Below, piece after piece: positions 7,938 through 17,453 of a stretch of 64,000 nt of DNA. The notes beneath the pieces are model-generated. The model was given only the letters and a program-made list of their open reading frames with translations. It had not been told where the DNA came from and made no database searches. Source of the DNA: Flavobacteriales bacterium (GTDB taxonomy: Bacteria > Bacteroidota > Bacteroidia > Flavobacteriales_D > JAUILH01); assembly GCA_964230025.1 (NCBI GenBank), contig CAXRFO010000012.1, positions 923,652 to 987,651 of the forward strand, read 5' to 3'. Every line of letters starts with the position of its first letter. Position 1 is the stretch's first letter. The translations under genes were made by a program, and so were the position numbers.

Positions 7938-9785
7938 ATGAAGTTTATTGCTACGATTGCCTTTGCAGCTAGTTTTTTGTTTTCTAGTGCTCAATCACAA
8001 ACTAGAATTTATGCTGAAAAAATTGGATCTGTAAACCCTAGGGAAATGAGTTCTGGTTTTGACGTAAAACTAAAGTACAAAGCCCCTCAACCTGACGGTA
8101 AAAGCTACGGTACCTTTATTCAGGGTCAAAAAAGAAAAGTTGAAGCCAGCTATCCTCGGAAGAATTATAATCGTGGTGGAAGCACATGGCCCATTGATTC
8201 TTTGCCCAGAGTGAACGGTGGTTTTGAAGGGAATTTAGCTGGAAATGGTACCCCAAACGATAACAATTTGGCCATTTCTAATAATGGTAAAATCATTTCA
8301 GTCGTTAATTCGAACATTTACTTTTACGATACGATTGGAACTGAATTATTCAATGCTTCTTTGGGGGCATGGACCATTGATCTTGACATAACGAACAATA
8401 AGTTTGATCCCAAGGTAATCTATGATGATGAGGCAGATCGATTTGTGGTGGTTTTTTTAAATGGGACGAGCGCTTTTAGTTCTAAATATATCGCTTGTTT
8501 TTCAAGCAGTAATGATCCTATGGATCCTTGGAATATGTATAAACTATCTGGTAACCCATTGAATGATACGAGCTGGAGTGATTATCCTGCCTTGAGTTTG
8601 AGTCCTGAGGATTTATTCTTAACAATTAACCTCCTTACACCTGGTCAATCTTGGCAAACTGGGTTTAAACAAAGTGTAATATGGCAAATTGATAAATGGA
8701 GCGGTTATAATGGAGACTCAACCCTAACCACGAACTTGTGGACAGATATCAAAGAAGGAGGTATCAACATAAGGAATATTCACCCTGTACGACCGGCAAA
8801 AGGGGTGTCTTTTGACGGTAACGATCATTATTTTTTATCGAATCGGAATTTTGCTACGGAATCCGATAGCATTTACCTCATTCACATAACGGACGCGTTA
8901 AGTGGAAACCCGAGTTTAACAGTTGAGCTTTTAAACTCAAGTACCAACTACTATTTAAATGTTGATGCTCCCCAGAGTAGTGGACAGTTTTTAGCAACAA
9001 ATGATGCACGTGTATTGGGAGGGATAAGAGAATTAGATTACATACAGTTTGTTGGGAATTGCACAGATACAACCTACGGGAACTCGGCAATTTATCATGG
9101 AATTATCCATTTACCATCAAAAACCTGCACGGGCCATTGGATTTCTGATTCTGTTTTAAACTTGGGTTACGCAAATATTGCCGGTATAGGTTATGATCAG
9201 AATGATCAACAATCTATTATTTCGTTTGAATACAGTAGCGCAACAGATTTTGCTGGATTGGCAGCAGTCTATTATGATGGAAATGGAAATTATTCACCCA
9301 TTAAACCCTTACGCACTGGGGATGGCTACATATCTGTTTTTAATGATCCTTTGGAGCGTTGGGGAGATTACCTAGGCATACAACGATCTTACACTAATAT
9401 GTGTGAGGTGTGGACTGCCGGTACCTTTGGAAAGGTAAACCATGATAATGGAACTTGGGTTGCCCGAATTGGAGGAGAAGAAGATTGTTCTGGCTTTGTT
9501 CTTTCAAATGATGAGAATAAACTATCTCAAAATGGGATTTCCATTTACCCTAATCCAACAGCGGAATGGGTAAACCTTGAGTTAAAGACAGAAAATGAAG
9601 GGATATTAGTTTTGGACATAATTGACATTAATGGAAAATTGGTTCGCACCTTGGTTAAGGAAGCGGTAAATATTGGGAATTATGATTTCAAATTCAACGT
9701 AGCTCCACTTTCTAAGGGAGTTTATGTCCTAAGAGCTCATTTAAATCAAAACACAATTGCTACGCACAGGTTTGTTAAGGAATAG
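7938..9785 (+). CDS. Secreted protein of unknown function with a T9SS C-terminal sorting domain
   Basis: Signal peptide MKFIATIAFAASFLFSSAQ. C-terminal ISIYPNPTAEWVNLEL...GVYVLRA matches the T9SS type-A CTD pattern. Confidence 0.8.
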   Translation: MKFIATIAFAASFLFSSAQSQTRIYAEKIGSVNPREMSSGFDVKLKYKAPQPDGKSYGTFIQGQKRKVEASYPRKNYNRGGSTWPIDSLPRVNGGFEGNLAGNGTPNDNNLAISNNGKIISVVNSNIYFYDTIGTELFNASLGAWTIDLDITNNKFDPKVIYDDEADRFVVVFLNGTSAFSSKYIACFSSSNDPMDPWNMYKLSGNPLNDTSWSDYPALSLSPEDLFLTINLLTPGQSWQTGFKQSVIWQIDKWSGYNGDSTLTTNLWTDIKEGGINIRNIHPVRPAKGVSFDGNDHYFLSNRNFATESDSIYLIHITDALSGNPSLTVELLNSSTNYYLNVDAPQSSGQFLATNDARVLGGIRELDYIQFVGNCTDTTYGNSAIYHGIIHLPSKTCTGHWISDSVLNLGYANIAGIGYDQNDQQSIISFEYSSATDFAGLAAVYYDGNGNYSPIKPLRTGDGYISVFNDPLERWGDYLGIQRSYTNMCEVWTAGTFGKVNHDNGTWVARIGGEEDCSGFVLSNDENKLSQNGISIYPNPTAEWVNLELKTENEGILVLDIIDINGKLVRTLVKEAVNIGNYDFKFNVAPLSKGVYVLRAHLNQNTIATHRFVKE

Positions 9786-10380
9786 TTTACTTTTAACTTT
9801 CCTAATAGTGCTTGTATTTTCTTGTGAAATTCATCATAAAGGAAAGCAAACAAATACACAGAACCACGAAATCCAAAACTTGAAATCAGTGGAGGATTCA
9901 ATTTGCCTGGAAGAGACAGAGAAAACAAACTACATTAGGGGTAATTTAGCTTGGCAATTTGCAATCCTTACTGCGTGTTCAGAGGACAGCTTAATTGAGG
10001 AAGGTGAGATATTTGAGTTTCGATATTTGAAGGTTTCAAAATCAATAAATGGGAAGACCGAAGAATTGTATTACTCAGAAACTGCAATAAGTCCTTATGG
10101 AGCCCATGGATTTCCACTTATTGATAGAGATCAATACGTTTATTTTGAAGAGGACACTTTGATAATTGCCGATCATGGTGGTAAACTTACCTATCGTTGG
10201 TTCCTCTGGCACAAATTCATTTTAGACAACGAGAAGTGGAACTACGTAAGAAGTGATATAGAACAATTTAATCCGCTTGCTGATTCAGTTGTATATAATC
10301 ACAAAACAATAGTATCTGACAAAAGGGTTTACCTTGATAGCTTTGAGGCAAAACCGGTTTTTGAGTATTTAGAGGAATAA
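9757..10380 (+). CDS. Hypothetical lipoprotein
   Basis: Lipobox-like LIVLVFSC. Start uncertain: TTG at 9757 or 9772, overlapping the upstream stop. Confidence 0.55.
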   Translation: MLRTGLLRNSLLLTFLIVLVFSCEIHHKGKQTNTQNHEIQNLKSVEDSICLEETEKTNYIRGNLAWQFAILTACSEDSLIEEGEIFEFRYLKVSKSINGKTEELYYSETAISPYGAHGFPLIDRDQYVYFEEDTLIIADHGGKLTYRWFLWHKFILDNEKWNYVRSDIEQFNPLADSVVYNHKTIVSDKRVYLDSFEAKPVFEYLEE

Positions 10381-10384
10381 AAAA

Positions 10385-10414
10385 GGCCCGCAGTTGCGAG
10401 CCTTTAATTTTTTT
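10385..10414. terminator. Bidirectional terminator between convergent genes
   Basis: GGCCCGC / GCGAGCC imperfect hairpin with loop AGTT. A-run upstream and TTTAATTTTTTT downstream. Confidence 0.55.
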
Positions 10415-10426
10415 GAGAGTTAAGGT

Positions 10427-11137
10427 TTATCCTCTTCCCCACTTTTTCATTTGTTCTTTGTATTCGGCATAGGTCATCATTGTGTATCCTTCAGGAACAA
10501 CAAACTCAAACAGAGAATCATCAACATCTGTTTCTTCTATGCTTTCAACTTCAGTATCCGTGTAGATAAGAGCTCCGTTCATCATAGGGCCTCCTGCCGT
10601 TTCTATGCTAGACTTCAAAACTACTCCTACAACTCCATCAGCAATTTCCTTACTCATTGTAGAGTCTGACGCAAAATCAGTGGCAACCCAATAGGTTTGC
10701 TCCATGTCATCAGAAGTGATTTTCGTAACTACTTTACACTCATATCCCATAATGTCTTTCGTTTTCTTAGCTACCTTAACTTCTACAATAGAATCTTTCC
10801 CTTTACGGCTTTCCTCCATTTCTTTTCCTTCTTCTTCGTTCATGAACACCGCAAGTTTTTGACCTGCCATTGGTATATCCATCAACATTAAAGTACTGTC
10901 AGTATCACCATGACTTATTACCACTATACTGAACATGGCAGAACCGGACTCCATTCTGAAGTTTTCACCTTCAAAGTACTGAGTAGATTTTCTTTCACCC
11001 ATATAGGCACCCATTTGTGCTTGTAATTCTGGGTCATCAATCTCTTGGTTTTGAACGGTTTCAATCTTATAACCTGTTTGAGCGTTAAGTCCAAGTCCTA
11101 AACCCAAAACAAATAGTGAACTAAATAATTTTTTCAT
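10427..11137 (-). CDS. Hypothetical secreted protein (DUF4412-like)
   Basis: ORF track start at 11173 is TTG. The ATG at 11137 gives signal peptide MKKLFSSLFVLGLGLGLNAQ. A TATTTTTG box lies 18 nt upstream (11156-11163, minus strand). Confidence 0.6.
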   Translation of the reverse strand: MKKLFSSLFVLGLGLGLNAQTGYKIETVQNQEIDDPELQAQMGAYMGERKSTQYFEGENFRMESGSAMFSIVVISHGDTDSTLMLMDIPMAGQKLAVFMNEEEGKEMEESRKGKDSIVEVKVAKKTKDIMGYECKVVTKITSDDMEQTYWVATDFASDSTMSKEIADGVVGVVLKSSIETAGGPMMNGALIYTDTEVESIEETDVDDSLFEFVVPEGYTMMTYAEYKEQMKKWGRG

Positions 11138-11230
11138 TACTTCTAATTTATGATTCAAAAATAAGTAGTGCAACTGTTAACTAGGGTTAAAATTACACGA
11201 CCGGCATTTTACAATTCTTAGACCAAAAAA

Positions 11231-12784
11231 TTATAAGTCGAATTTAATACCCTGAGCAAGTGGTAATTCAGTCGTCCAGTTAAGGGTGTTGGTTTGTCTT
11301 CTCATGTATATTTTCCAAGCATCCGAACCCGACTCGCGACCACCTCCGGTTTCTTTTTCTCCACCAAAGGCTCCACCGATTTCTGCTCCTGAAGTTCCAA
11401 TGTTTACGTTGGCGATACCACAATCCGATCCCATGTGTGAAAGGAAAGTTTCAGACTCTCGCATATTGGTAGTCATAATTGCAGATGAAAGACCTTGTGG
11501 CACATCATTTTGGATAGCAATTGCGTTTTCAACCCCTCCACTATACTTCATAAGGTATAGGATTGGTGCAAAAGTTTCGTGCTGTACTATTTGGAAGCTG
11601 TTTTTTGCTTCAGCAATTGCTGGCTTAACATAGCAACCGCTTTCATAACCTTCTCCTTCAAGAACGCCACCTTCTACTACTAAATTACCACCTTCGGCAA
11701 CTACCTTCTCCAATGCCTCATTGTACATCCTTACGGCATCTTTATCGATAAGTGGCCCTACGTGATTATTTTCATCTAGCGGATCCCCAATGCGCAACTG
11801 TCCGTATGCACCAGCGATAGCGTTCTTAACCTCTTCGTAAATATCTTCATGTATAATCAATCTTCTAGTTGAAGTACAACGTTGACCACATGTTCCAACT
11901 GCTCCAAATACGATACCTGGGACAGACATTTTTATATCAGCATTTGGCGTCATGATAATTGCATTATTTCCACCCAATTCAAGTAAAGATTTTCCTAATC
12001 GAGCTCCAACAGCAGCACCAACTGATTTACCCATACGAGTTGAACCTGTTGCTGAGACCAAAGGTACTCTCTTGTCGTTAGACATTAGTTTTCCAATCTC
12101 TGCATCACCGATAACCAAACAAGATACTCCCTCAGGAACATCATTTTTTGCGAATACTTTATTGGTAATGTTTTGACAAGCAATTGCAGTAAGTGGTGTT
12201 TTTTCAGACGGCTTCCAAATACATACATCTCCACATACCCAAGCTAAAGCTGTGTTCCAGTTCCAAACGGCAACAGGAAAGTTAAATGCGGAAATGATTC
12301 CAACAATTCCTAAGGGATGGTATTGTTCATACATTCTGTGTCCAGGCCGCTCTGAATGCATTGTTAAACCATGTAATTGACGTGAAAGTCCTACAGCAAA
12401 ATCACAGATGTCAATCATTTCTTGAACTTCTCCAAGTCCTTCTTGATATGATTTACCCATCTCGTAAGAAACGAGTTTACCAAGAGCCTCTTTGTTGGCT
12501 CTTAACTCTTCTGCAAGTTGTCGTACAATTTCTCCACGCAGTGGTGCTGGCTTCATTCTCCACGTTTTGAAAGCTTCCTGTGCTTTCAATACACAAGCCT
12601 CATACTCGGCTTCTGTCGCTGAATTTACGGATGCTATAAGCGATCCATCAACCGGAGAATAAGAGTCTATTTTCTCACCTCTTGTAGTGAACCAGTGGGA
12701 ACCCGTAGACGCTCCACTGTTTATGTCTTTGATTCCTAAATCATTTAGGACTTTTGAAATGTCATTTGCTTGCATTGTTTCCAT
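11231..12784 (-). CDS. ALDH7-family aldehyde dehydrogenase (alpha-aminoadipic semialdehyde / piperideine-6-carboxylate dehydrogenase type)
   Basis: Long collinear similarity, from memory, to ALDH7A1: RGEIVRQ, FNFPVAVWNWN, ELGGNNA, GQRCT, GAEIGGAFGGEKETGGGRESGSDAWK, LPLAQGIKF. Confidence 0.85.
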   Translation of the reverse strand: METMQANDISKVLNDLGIKDINSGASTGSHWFTTRGEKIDSYSPVDGSLIASVNSATEAEYEACVLKAQEAFKTWRMKPAPLRGEIVRQLAEELRANKEALGKLVSYEMGKSYQEGLGEVQEMIDICDFAVGLSRQLHGLTMHSERPGHRMYEQYHPLGIVGIISAFNFPVAVWNWNTALAWVCGDVCIWKPSEKTPLTAIACQNITNKVFAKNDVPEGVSCLVIGDAEIGKLMSNDKRVPLVSATGSTRMGKSVGAAVGARLGKSLLELGGNNAIIMTPNADIKMSVPGIVFGAVGTCGQRCTSTRRLIIHEDIYEEVKNAIAGAYGQLRIGDPLDENNHVGPLIDKDAVRMYNEALEKVVAEGGNLVVEGGVLEGEGYESGCYVKPAIAEAKNSFQIVQHETFAPILYLMKYSGGVENAIAIQNDVPQGLSSAIMTTNMRESETFLSHMGSDCGIANVNIGTSGAEIGGAFGGEKETGGGRESGSDAWKIYMRRQTNTLNWTTELPLAQGIKFDL

Positions 12785-12840
12785 CTGAAAAATTTTGTTG
12801 CAAATTTAACTAAAAGCAAACGTAATGACGAATAATAAAC

Positions 12841-13485
12841 CTATAACTTTTGGAAGCGTTTGCAGCCTGTTGAGCCATCTTTGAGCTCTAATCGTATAAA
12901 ATATATTCCAGACGGTAGATTTTCAACCCTTATCCTTTTGTCTTGAGTTATCTCTATAATCTTACCTGTTAAGTCAATAATTTTAAGCTCAAAATTCTTT
13001 GCGTCTGTATCGATAAATATGAAATTATCAGCCGGATTAGGGTAGATGCTAAAACTTAAATCGAATTCTGGGAGCCGTTGAACATCATTTACAAAGGTAT
13101 TAGCAAAAAGGAAATTATCGTTTGTAAAATTGTCTTTTATAGGCCAAATAACGGTAATGTTGTTTCCTGGGGTATACTTTTGGGTTGATATAAGCCAAGT
13201 GGGATTTATTACCAAGGAATCGCCTGAGTTCAGTGGGCCACTCAAGTTGTAATAGATGGTGTCTATAACCTGCGTCCCCATCGTATCCTTGGCAATTACA
13301 ACTCCCAATGAATCAAGGATAGGAGTATTTCCTGTGTTCGTTATTGCAACATTTATATCTACTTGTTGATTGTAAACAACCGTATCGTTATTCCAAGGAG
13401 AAAAGAGGTCTATCCTCATTGATTGAGCTTGACCAAGTAAGGAAAAAATAAAAGTAGCGCTTAGGGAGAGGAGTAACTTTTTCAT
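12841..13485 (-). CDS. Small secreted protein with a T9SS C-terminal sorting domain (CARDB-like N-terminal domain)
   Basis: Signal peptide. C-terminal FSIYPNPADNFIFID...GIYFIRLEL pattern. Confidence 0.75.
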   Translation of the reverse strand: MKKLLLSLSATFIFSLLGQAQSMRIDLFSPWNNDTVVYNQQVDINVAITNTGNTPILDSLGVVIAKDTMGTQVIDTIYYNLSGPLNSGDSLVINPTWLISTQKYTPGNNITVIWPIKDNFTNDNFLFANTFVNDVQRLPEFDLSFSIYPNPADNFIFIDTDAKNFELKIIDLTGKIIEITQDKRIRVENLPSGIYFIRLELKDGSTGCKRFQKL

Positions 13486-13566
13486 ATCACAATAGATTTA
13501 CTATACAATAGTAGTTTTTGTTTCGCAGAATAGAAACTAAATTTATTTCATATCTTACGCATCCAA

Positions 13567-15000
13567 ATGCTTAAAGACTTAATTCATAATCTTAATAAAG
13601 AGGAAATCCGGCATCTAAAAATTTGGCTTTCAAGGTCACATAATACGAAGGAAAGAAAGGATATAGAGTTGTTTGATTTGTTTAAGGCATCCAAAGATGA
13701 GGAGGAAATTTTTAAGAAACTATATCCTGGCAGTAATAACAAGAACTCTTTTTATCGATTGAAGAATCGTCTCCAAGATGATGTTTTTAAGAGTTTATGG
13801 ACCTTGAATTTAGATAAAAGTGAATGGGATAAGGCCTTTATGTTGCTGTCGGTGGCGAAAAAATTTTCGAGAAAAAACCTTAATAAGTTAGCACACAACA
13901 TACTCATAAAAGCAGAGAGAACTGCCAATAAAATTGAGGCTTTTGATTTATTAGAGTTGATCTATGGTGAGCAGATAAAGGTTGCGAATGATTTGCTGGA
14001 TATTAATCCAGAAGAGTTCATAGAAAAAAGAAAATTAAATCGACAAAGCCTGGAGCATTTGGGCAAACTTGACGATTCATTAGCTGTATTGACATATCGA
14101 ATAAGAAAGACCATTAATTACGCAAAAAGCAATGAACAAATCAATGATATACTGAATGAAACGATTAATGAAATAAACCAAGATAAGAGCTTAAAAGGTA
14201 ACCATACTTTCAGGTTTAAGATGTATCATGCGGTTTCGAAAATGTTACTTCAAAAACATGATTATAAAGCACTTGAAAACTACCTGATTAAAACCTATTA
14301 TGATTTTAAAAAAGAAAACTTATTCTCAAAAAACCGGCATGAAAGTAAGGTGCAGATGCTTATTTATCTTACGAATGCATTATTTAAAAATGATAAGCAT
14401 GAAAAGTCGCTTATGTTTGTCGAAGAGCTAGGTGAAAGTTTAGAAGAGTTTGGAGGTTTTTTAAAGAACAAATTCCTGATTTACTTTTATACTGGGCAGA
14501 TTATAAATTATTCAAGTATCGATCTTCCTAAAGCATTAGAAAGTATTGAAAGCGCTCTTAGTGATAAAGAGATTCAAAAAAACAAGATGAATCTGCTCTA
14601 TCTGAATTTAAATAAAGCACAAGTGCTTTTCGACTTAAAAGAGATAAAGTTAGCTAATAAAACCTTGGTTCGAATGAAGGTATTAGAAGGCTATAATGAT
14701 CTTGATCCTGGCCTGATCTTTAGCTTGGAACTATTTTCGATCGTTTTAAGAATAGAAATGAACGATTCAGAGTTTGCTGAAAAAATGATTGTTGATCTAA
14801 AGAAAAGGCAGTCGAATCTTGATGAGAGAAGCTCGGATTTTCTAGTGTTCTGTCAGGCTTTATTATTAAGCCATAACAAAAACGCAGACAAAGATTTGAA
14901 AGCCTTAGCTGAGGATTTTTGTACACACATTGATGACGCAGAGTCACAAGAAAGGGATTTGATTAATTTGAATGTTTGGGTAAAATCCCAGGTGGGTTAG
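13567..15000 (+). CDS. Hypothetical Lys/Leu-rich helical-repeat (TPR-like) protein
   Basis: 477-aa ORF with no signal peptide and helical repeat composition. I recognise no family. Confidence 0.55.
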   Translation: MLKDLIHNLNKEEIRHLKIWLSRSHNTKERKDIELFDLFKASKDEEEIFKKLYPGSNNKNSFYRLKNRLQDDVFKSLWTLNLDKSEWDKAFMLLSVAKKFSRKNLNKLAHNILIKAERTANKIEAFDLLELIYGEQIKVANDLLDINPEEFIEKRKLNRQSLEHLGKLDDSLAVLTYRIRKTINYAKSNEQINDILNETINEINQDKSLKGNHTFRFKMYHAVSKMLLQKHDYKALENYLIKTYYDFKKENLFSKNRHESKVQMLIYLTNALFKNDKHEKSLMFVEELGESLEEFGGFLKNKFLIYFYTGQIINYSSIDLPKALESIESALSDKEIQKNKMNLLYLNLNKAQVLFDLKEIKLANKTLVRMKVLEGYNDLDPGLIFSLELFSIVLRIEMNDSEFAEKMIVDLKKRQSNLDERSSDFLVFCQALLLSHNKNADKDLKALAEDFCTHIDDAESQERDLINLNVWVKSQVG

Positions 15001-15287
15001 GAAACGAGCTTCTCTGCACCAATAAAATCATCTGGATTTATATAAAGCGGATGAATAAGGCTAAAATCCTTGGTCTTAAGATAAGTTTGGTGATCGGATA
15101 AACTCGTAAAAACGTAGCGCTCACCCTCTTTTCCGGAAATTTTCCAAACTACACCAAACACCTCTTTCCCAGACTTTAATCTGAACTTACAGTATTGATT
15201 TAATATGTAGTTTATTCGGTTTCCCATTAGGTTTGGTTCTTCTAAAATACAAAAGAAGTACTTTGAATATGCTTTTATTTTATGCAC
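14997..15287 (-). CDS. Hypothetical small protein (76-96 aa)
   Basis: GTG at 15287 or ATG at 15227. Its stop overlaps the stop of the convergent gene within GGTTAGG. Confidence 0.4.
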   Translation of the reverse strand: MHKIKAYSKYFFCILEEPNLMGNRINYILNQYCKFRLKSGKEVFGVVWKISGKEGERYVFTSLSDHQTYLKTKDFSLIHPLYINPDDFIGAEKLVS

Positions 15288-15313
15288 AAAACGTGCCGAT
15301 TTGTTAATATCCT

Positions 15314-15321
15314 TACTTTTG
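15314..15321 (+). promoter_or_regulatory. -7 box TACTTTTG, 4 nt upstream of ATG 15326 (leaderless-type spacing)
   Basis: Exact TAnnTTTG match. Confidence 0.45.
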
Positions 15322-15325
15322 CATC

Positions 15326-15991
15326 ATGTTTAAATTATACAACCTCACCCTTTATTATGCCATCTTTTTATGTTTTGTATCGGCATGTTTAATTGCCTTT
15401 GAGGTTATGTTCGGCTCATATATTTTGGCAAGCTGGAAATACTGGCCAATCGTATTTAATATATTGCTGATGGCTGCATACCTGAGCTTTACCTTGAAGT
15501 TTGCGCAAAAATGGTCGAGTGCCTATCGCATATTCAAACTAAAAAATAGTGAGTCTGTAGTTTATGAAACCAAACTGAGTAACACATCCATAAATTGGGC
15601 AAGATTTTTTAGTGCTACTGAGCTTGTGTTCAATTGCCTAGCAATTTACTTTTTCCTTGATGTTTACTATCTACCGATAATGGTTTTGTTGCTCGTTATT
15701 ATGGCTATCGATTTAGTTTTGTGGTACTTTATTAGTGGCCAAATCAGTCTATTAGTTCTCCCGTCAGCTGTTGTATTTTGTGAAAGAGAAGGTAATATCA
15801 TTCCAACCTCACACTTAAAGTCACTCGAAATGAGTTTTAACCGGCTGTTTTTTGAAACAACAGCGGGACGATACTCAATGGATGCCAAGAGTATTCCAGA
15901 TAAGGAAAAGTCAGCATTTTTAAACGCTTTAAAAAGTCAGGCTCCGGATTCAACCTATATTTCGGACGGGGTTAAAAATGAATTTAAATAG
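15326..15991 (+). CDS. Hypothetical integral membrane protein (about 4 TM helices plus a C-terminal soluble tail)
   Basis: Hydrophobic segments LYYAIFLCFVSACLIAF, WPIVFNILLMAAYLSF, LAIYFFLDVYYLPIMVLLLVIMAIDLVLWYF. Confidence 0.6.
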   Translation: MFKLYNLTLYYAIFLCFVSACLIAFEVMFGSYILASWKYWPIVFNILLMAAYLSFTLKFAQKWSSAYRIFKLKNSESVVYETKLSNTSINWARFFSATELVFNCLAIYFFLDVYYLPIMVLLLVIMAIDLVLWYFISGQISLLVLPSAVVFCEREGNIIPTSHLKSLEMSFNRLFFETTAGRYSMDAKSIPDKEKSAFLNALKSQAPDSTYISDGVKNEFK

Positions 15992-16336
15992 TTATTGAGG
16001 TTTTACCCCAATTCTTTTCCCGAAATAATCGCAAAAATCACGCATGTCCAATGCTAATTCGTGCTCATTTGTTGAGCGCTCAAAGCTATCTGCCATTGTT
16101 AGGAGGGTTTGATGAAAAAACATTTTCATCTCATCAACGGTCATTTCTTTGGTCCATAAATCCATGCGCATACTATTCTGCTGCTTTGGGTCCCACATGC
16201 TAAGCATCATAGCATTGGATTTAGAGGTCATCTCTCCTGCATCTTCAGCACTCCAATTAATTTCAAGCGGAATGTGGTTTTCGTTCAATCCTACTTCAAT
16301 CTCAATCTTCGACTTCTTTGTTATTTTCTCACTCAT
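15992..16336 (-). CDS. gldC: Gliding motility protein GldC
   Basis: About 114 aa. Block DLWTKEMTVDEMKMFFHQTLLTMADSFERST matches the Flavobacterium johnsoniae GldC pattern as I recall it. It lies immediately downstream of gldB with an 8-nt overlap (ATGAGTGA). Confidence 0.85.
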   Translation of the reverse strand: MSEKITKKSKIEIEVGLNENHIPLEINWSAEDAGEMTSKSNAMMLSMWDPKQQNSMRMDLWTKEMTVDEMKMFFHQTLLTMADSFERSTNEHELALDMRDFCDYFGKRIGVKPQ

Positions 16337-17354
16337 TCTCTCCGGGCTTGTATGCGTTTAATATTTTTTGTGAATTGTCCTCCTTAAAAAGGTCTGGCAA
16401 AGTTAGTTCCTTATTTTTAATCATGTAATCTCTAACAATCATCCAACCGATAAAAACACCCACACGATCAGGTGAATTCTCTTGGGATAATCCCGCCGTG
16501 AAGGGGGCAGGCTCAAAAAACTTTTTTATTTCAACAGGACTTACGGTTTTTAGCATATCTCTGTCAACCATGGTAAGCCAAATTTTTTCTTCATGTTTTA
16601 GGCACCAGGCCATTTCATCAGGCGTATATTTTATTTTAATATGATCTGGTTTTTTAGGGAAAAGAGCATCTAGCGCATACATGATTTTACCATGGAAAAT
16701 TAAATTGTCCAAAAACAAGTCACGTTTGTGCTCATCAAGGTAATGGGTTTGAAGCCAAATACTCATGGCATCTCGGGTAAGGTATTTCGCCTTCATTTTG
16801 TTTTTTATGTGCTGCGGAAATTTTGGAGAGTAATTCAAAATCCCTCCTTTTTCATGCGGATACATTTCCAAGCCAATGCCAATTTGCTTCTCTGTGGCAA
16901 CGCAACCATAATTAAACAGGTTCGGACTAAAAATTATGCTAGGAATTTCTGCCTTGGGGAAATAGTATTTCAGATACTTAAAAGCCTCCTTTAGTTGAGA
17001 AATTTCTGAATTTACTTTTGGATATTCTTTGAAAACTTCAGTGTAGAGTAGTCTAACAATAGAATCAGAAGTCATTGCCTTAAGCCTCATTAAAGTCATG
17101 CTGTCGCTTGGGTTTCCAACTCCAACAATTCGCTGGCAGTACTGCTCAAAATATGGATCATATTGCTCGTTTAATTGATCAATATCCCAGTCTTTGTTTT
17201 CCATCAAAGTTTTGTCTAATCTATGGTATTCAAGCTTGACTTTTATCCCACTAGTATCTACCAGCAGTCTTTCACGCCAGTTCTCTTCGGAGCAGGCACC
17301 AAGGAAAACACTCAGTATTAAAAGCAAAAATGGAAGTAACTTTTTCATATACAA
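16329..17354 (-). CDS. gldB: Gliding motility lipoprotein GldB
   Basis: Lipoprotein signal LLLILSVFLGAC. About 340 aa. Conserved gldB-gldC pairing. Confidence 0.8.
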   Translation of the reverse strand: MYMKKLLPFLLLILSVFLGACSEENWRERLLVDTSGIKVKLEYHRLDKTLMENKDWDIDQLNEQYDPYFEQYCQRIVGVGNPSDSMTLMRLKAMTSDSIVRLLYTEVFKEYPKVNSEISQLKEAFKYLKYYFPKAEIPSIIFSPNLFNYGCVATEKQIGIGLEMYPHEKGGILNYSPKFPQHIKNKMKAKYLTRDAMSIWLQTHYLDEHKRDLFLDNLIFHGKIMYALDALFPKKPDHIKIKYTPDEMAWCLKHEEKIWLTMVDRDMLKTVSPVEIKKFFEPAPFTAGLSQENSPDRVGVFIGWMIVRDYMIKNKELTLPDLFKEDNSQKILNAYKPGENE

Positions 17355-17453
17355 TTAAAGCCAATATAGATACAGGGATATTTTTTCATATTTTAGCCCC
17401 GTCTTAGGCTCAAAAGTAGCACTTTTGCAAAGACTACATTAATAATTAGCAAT

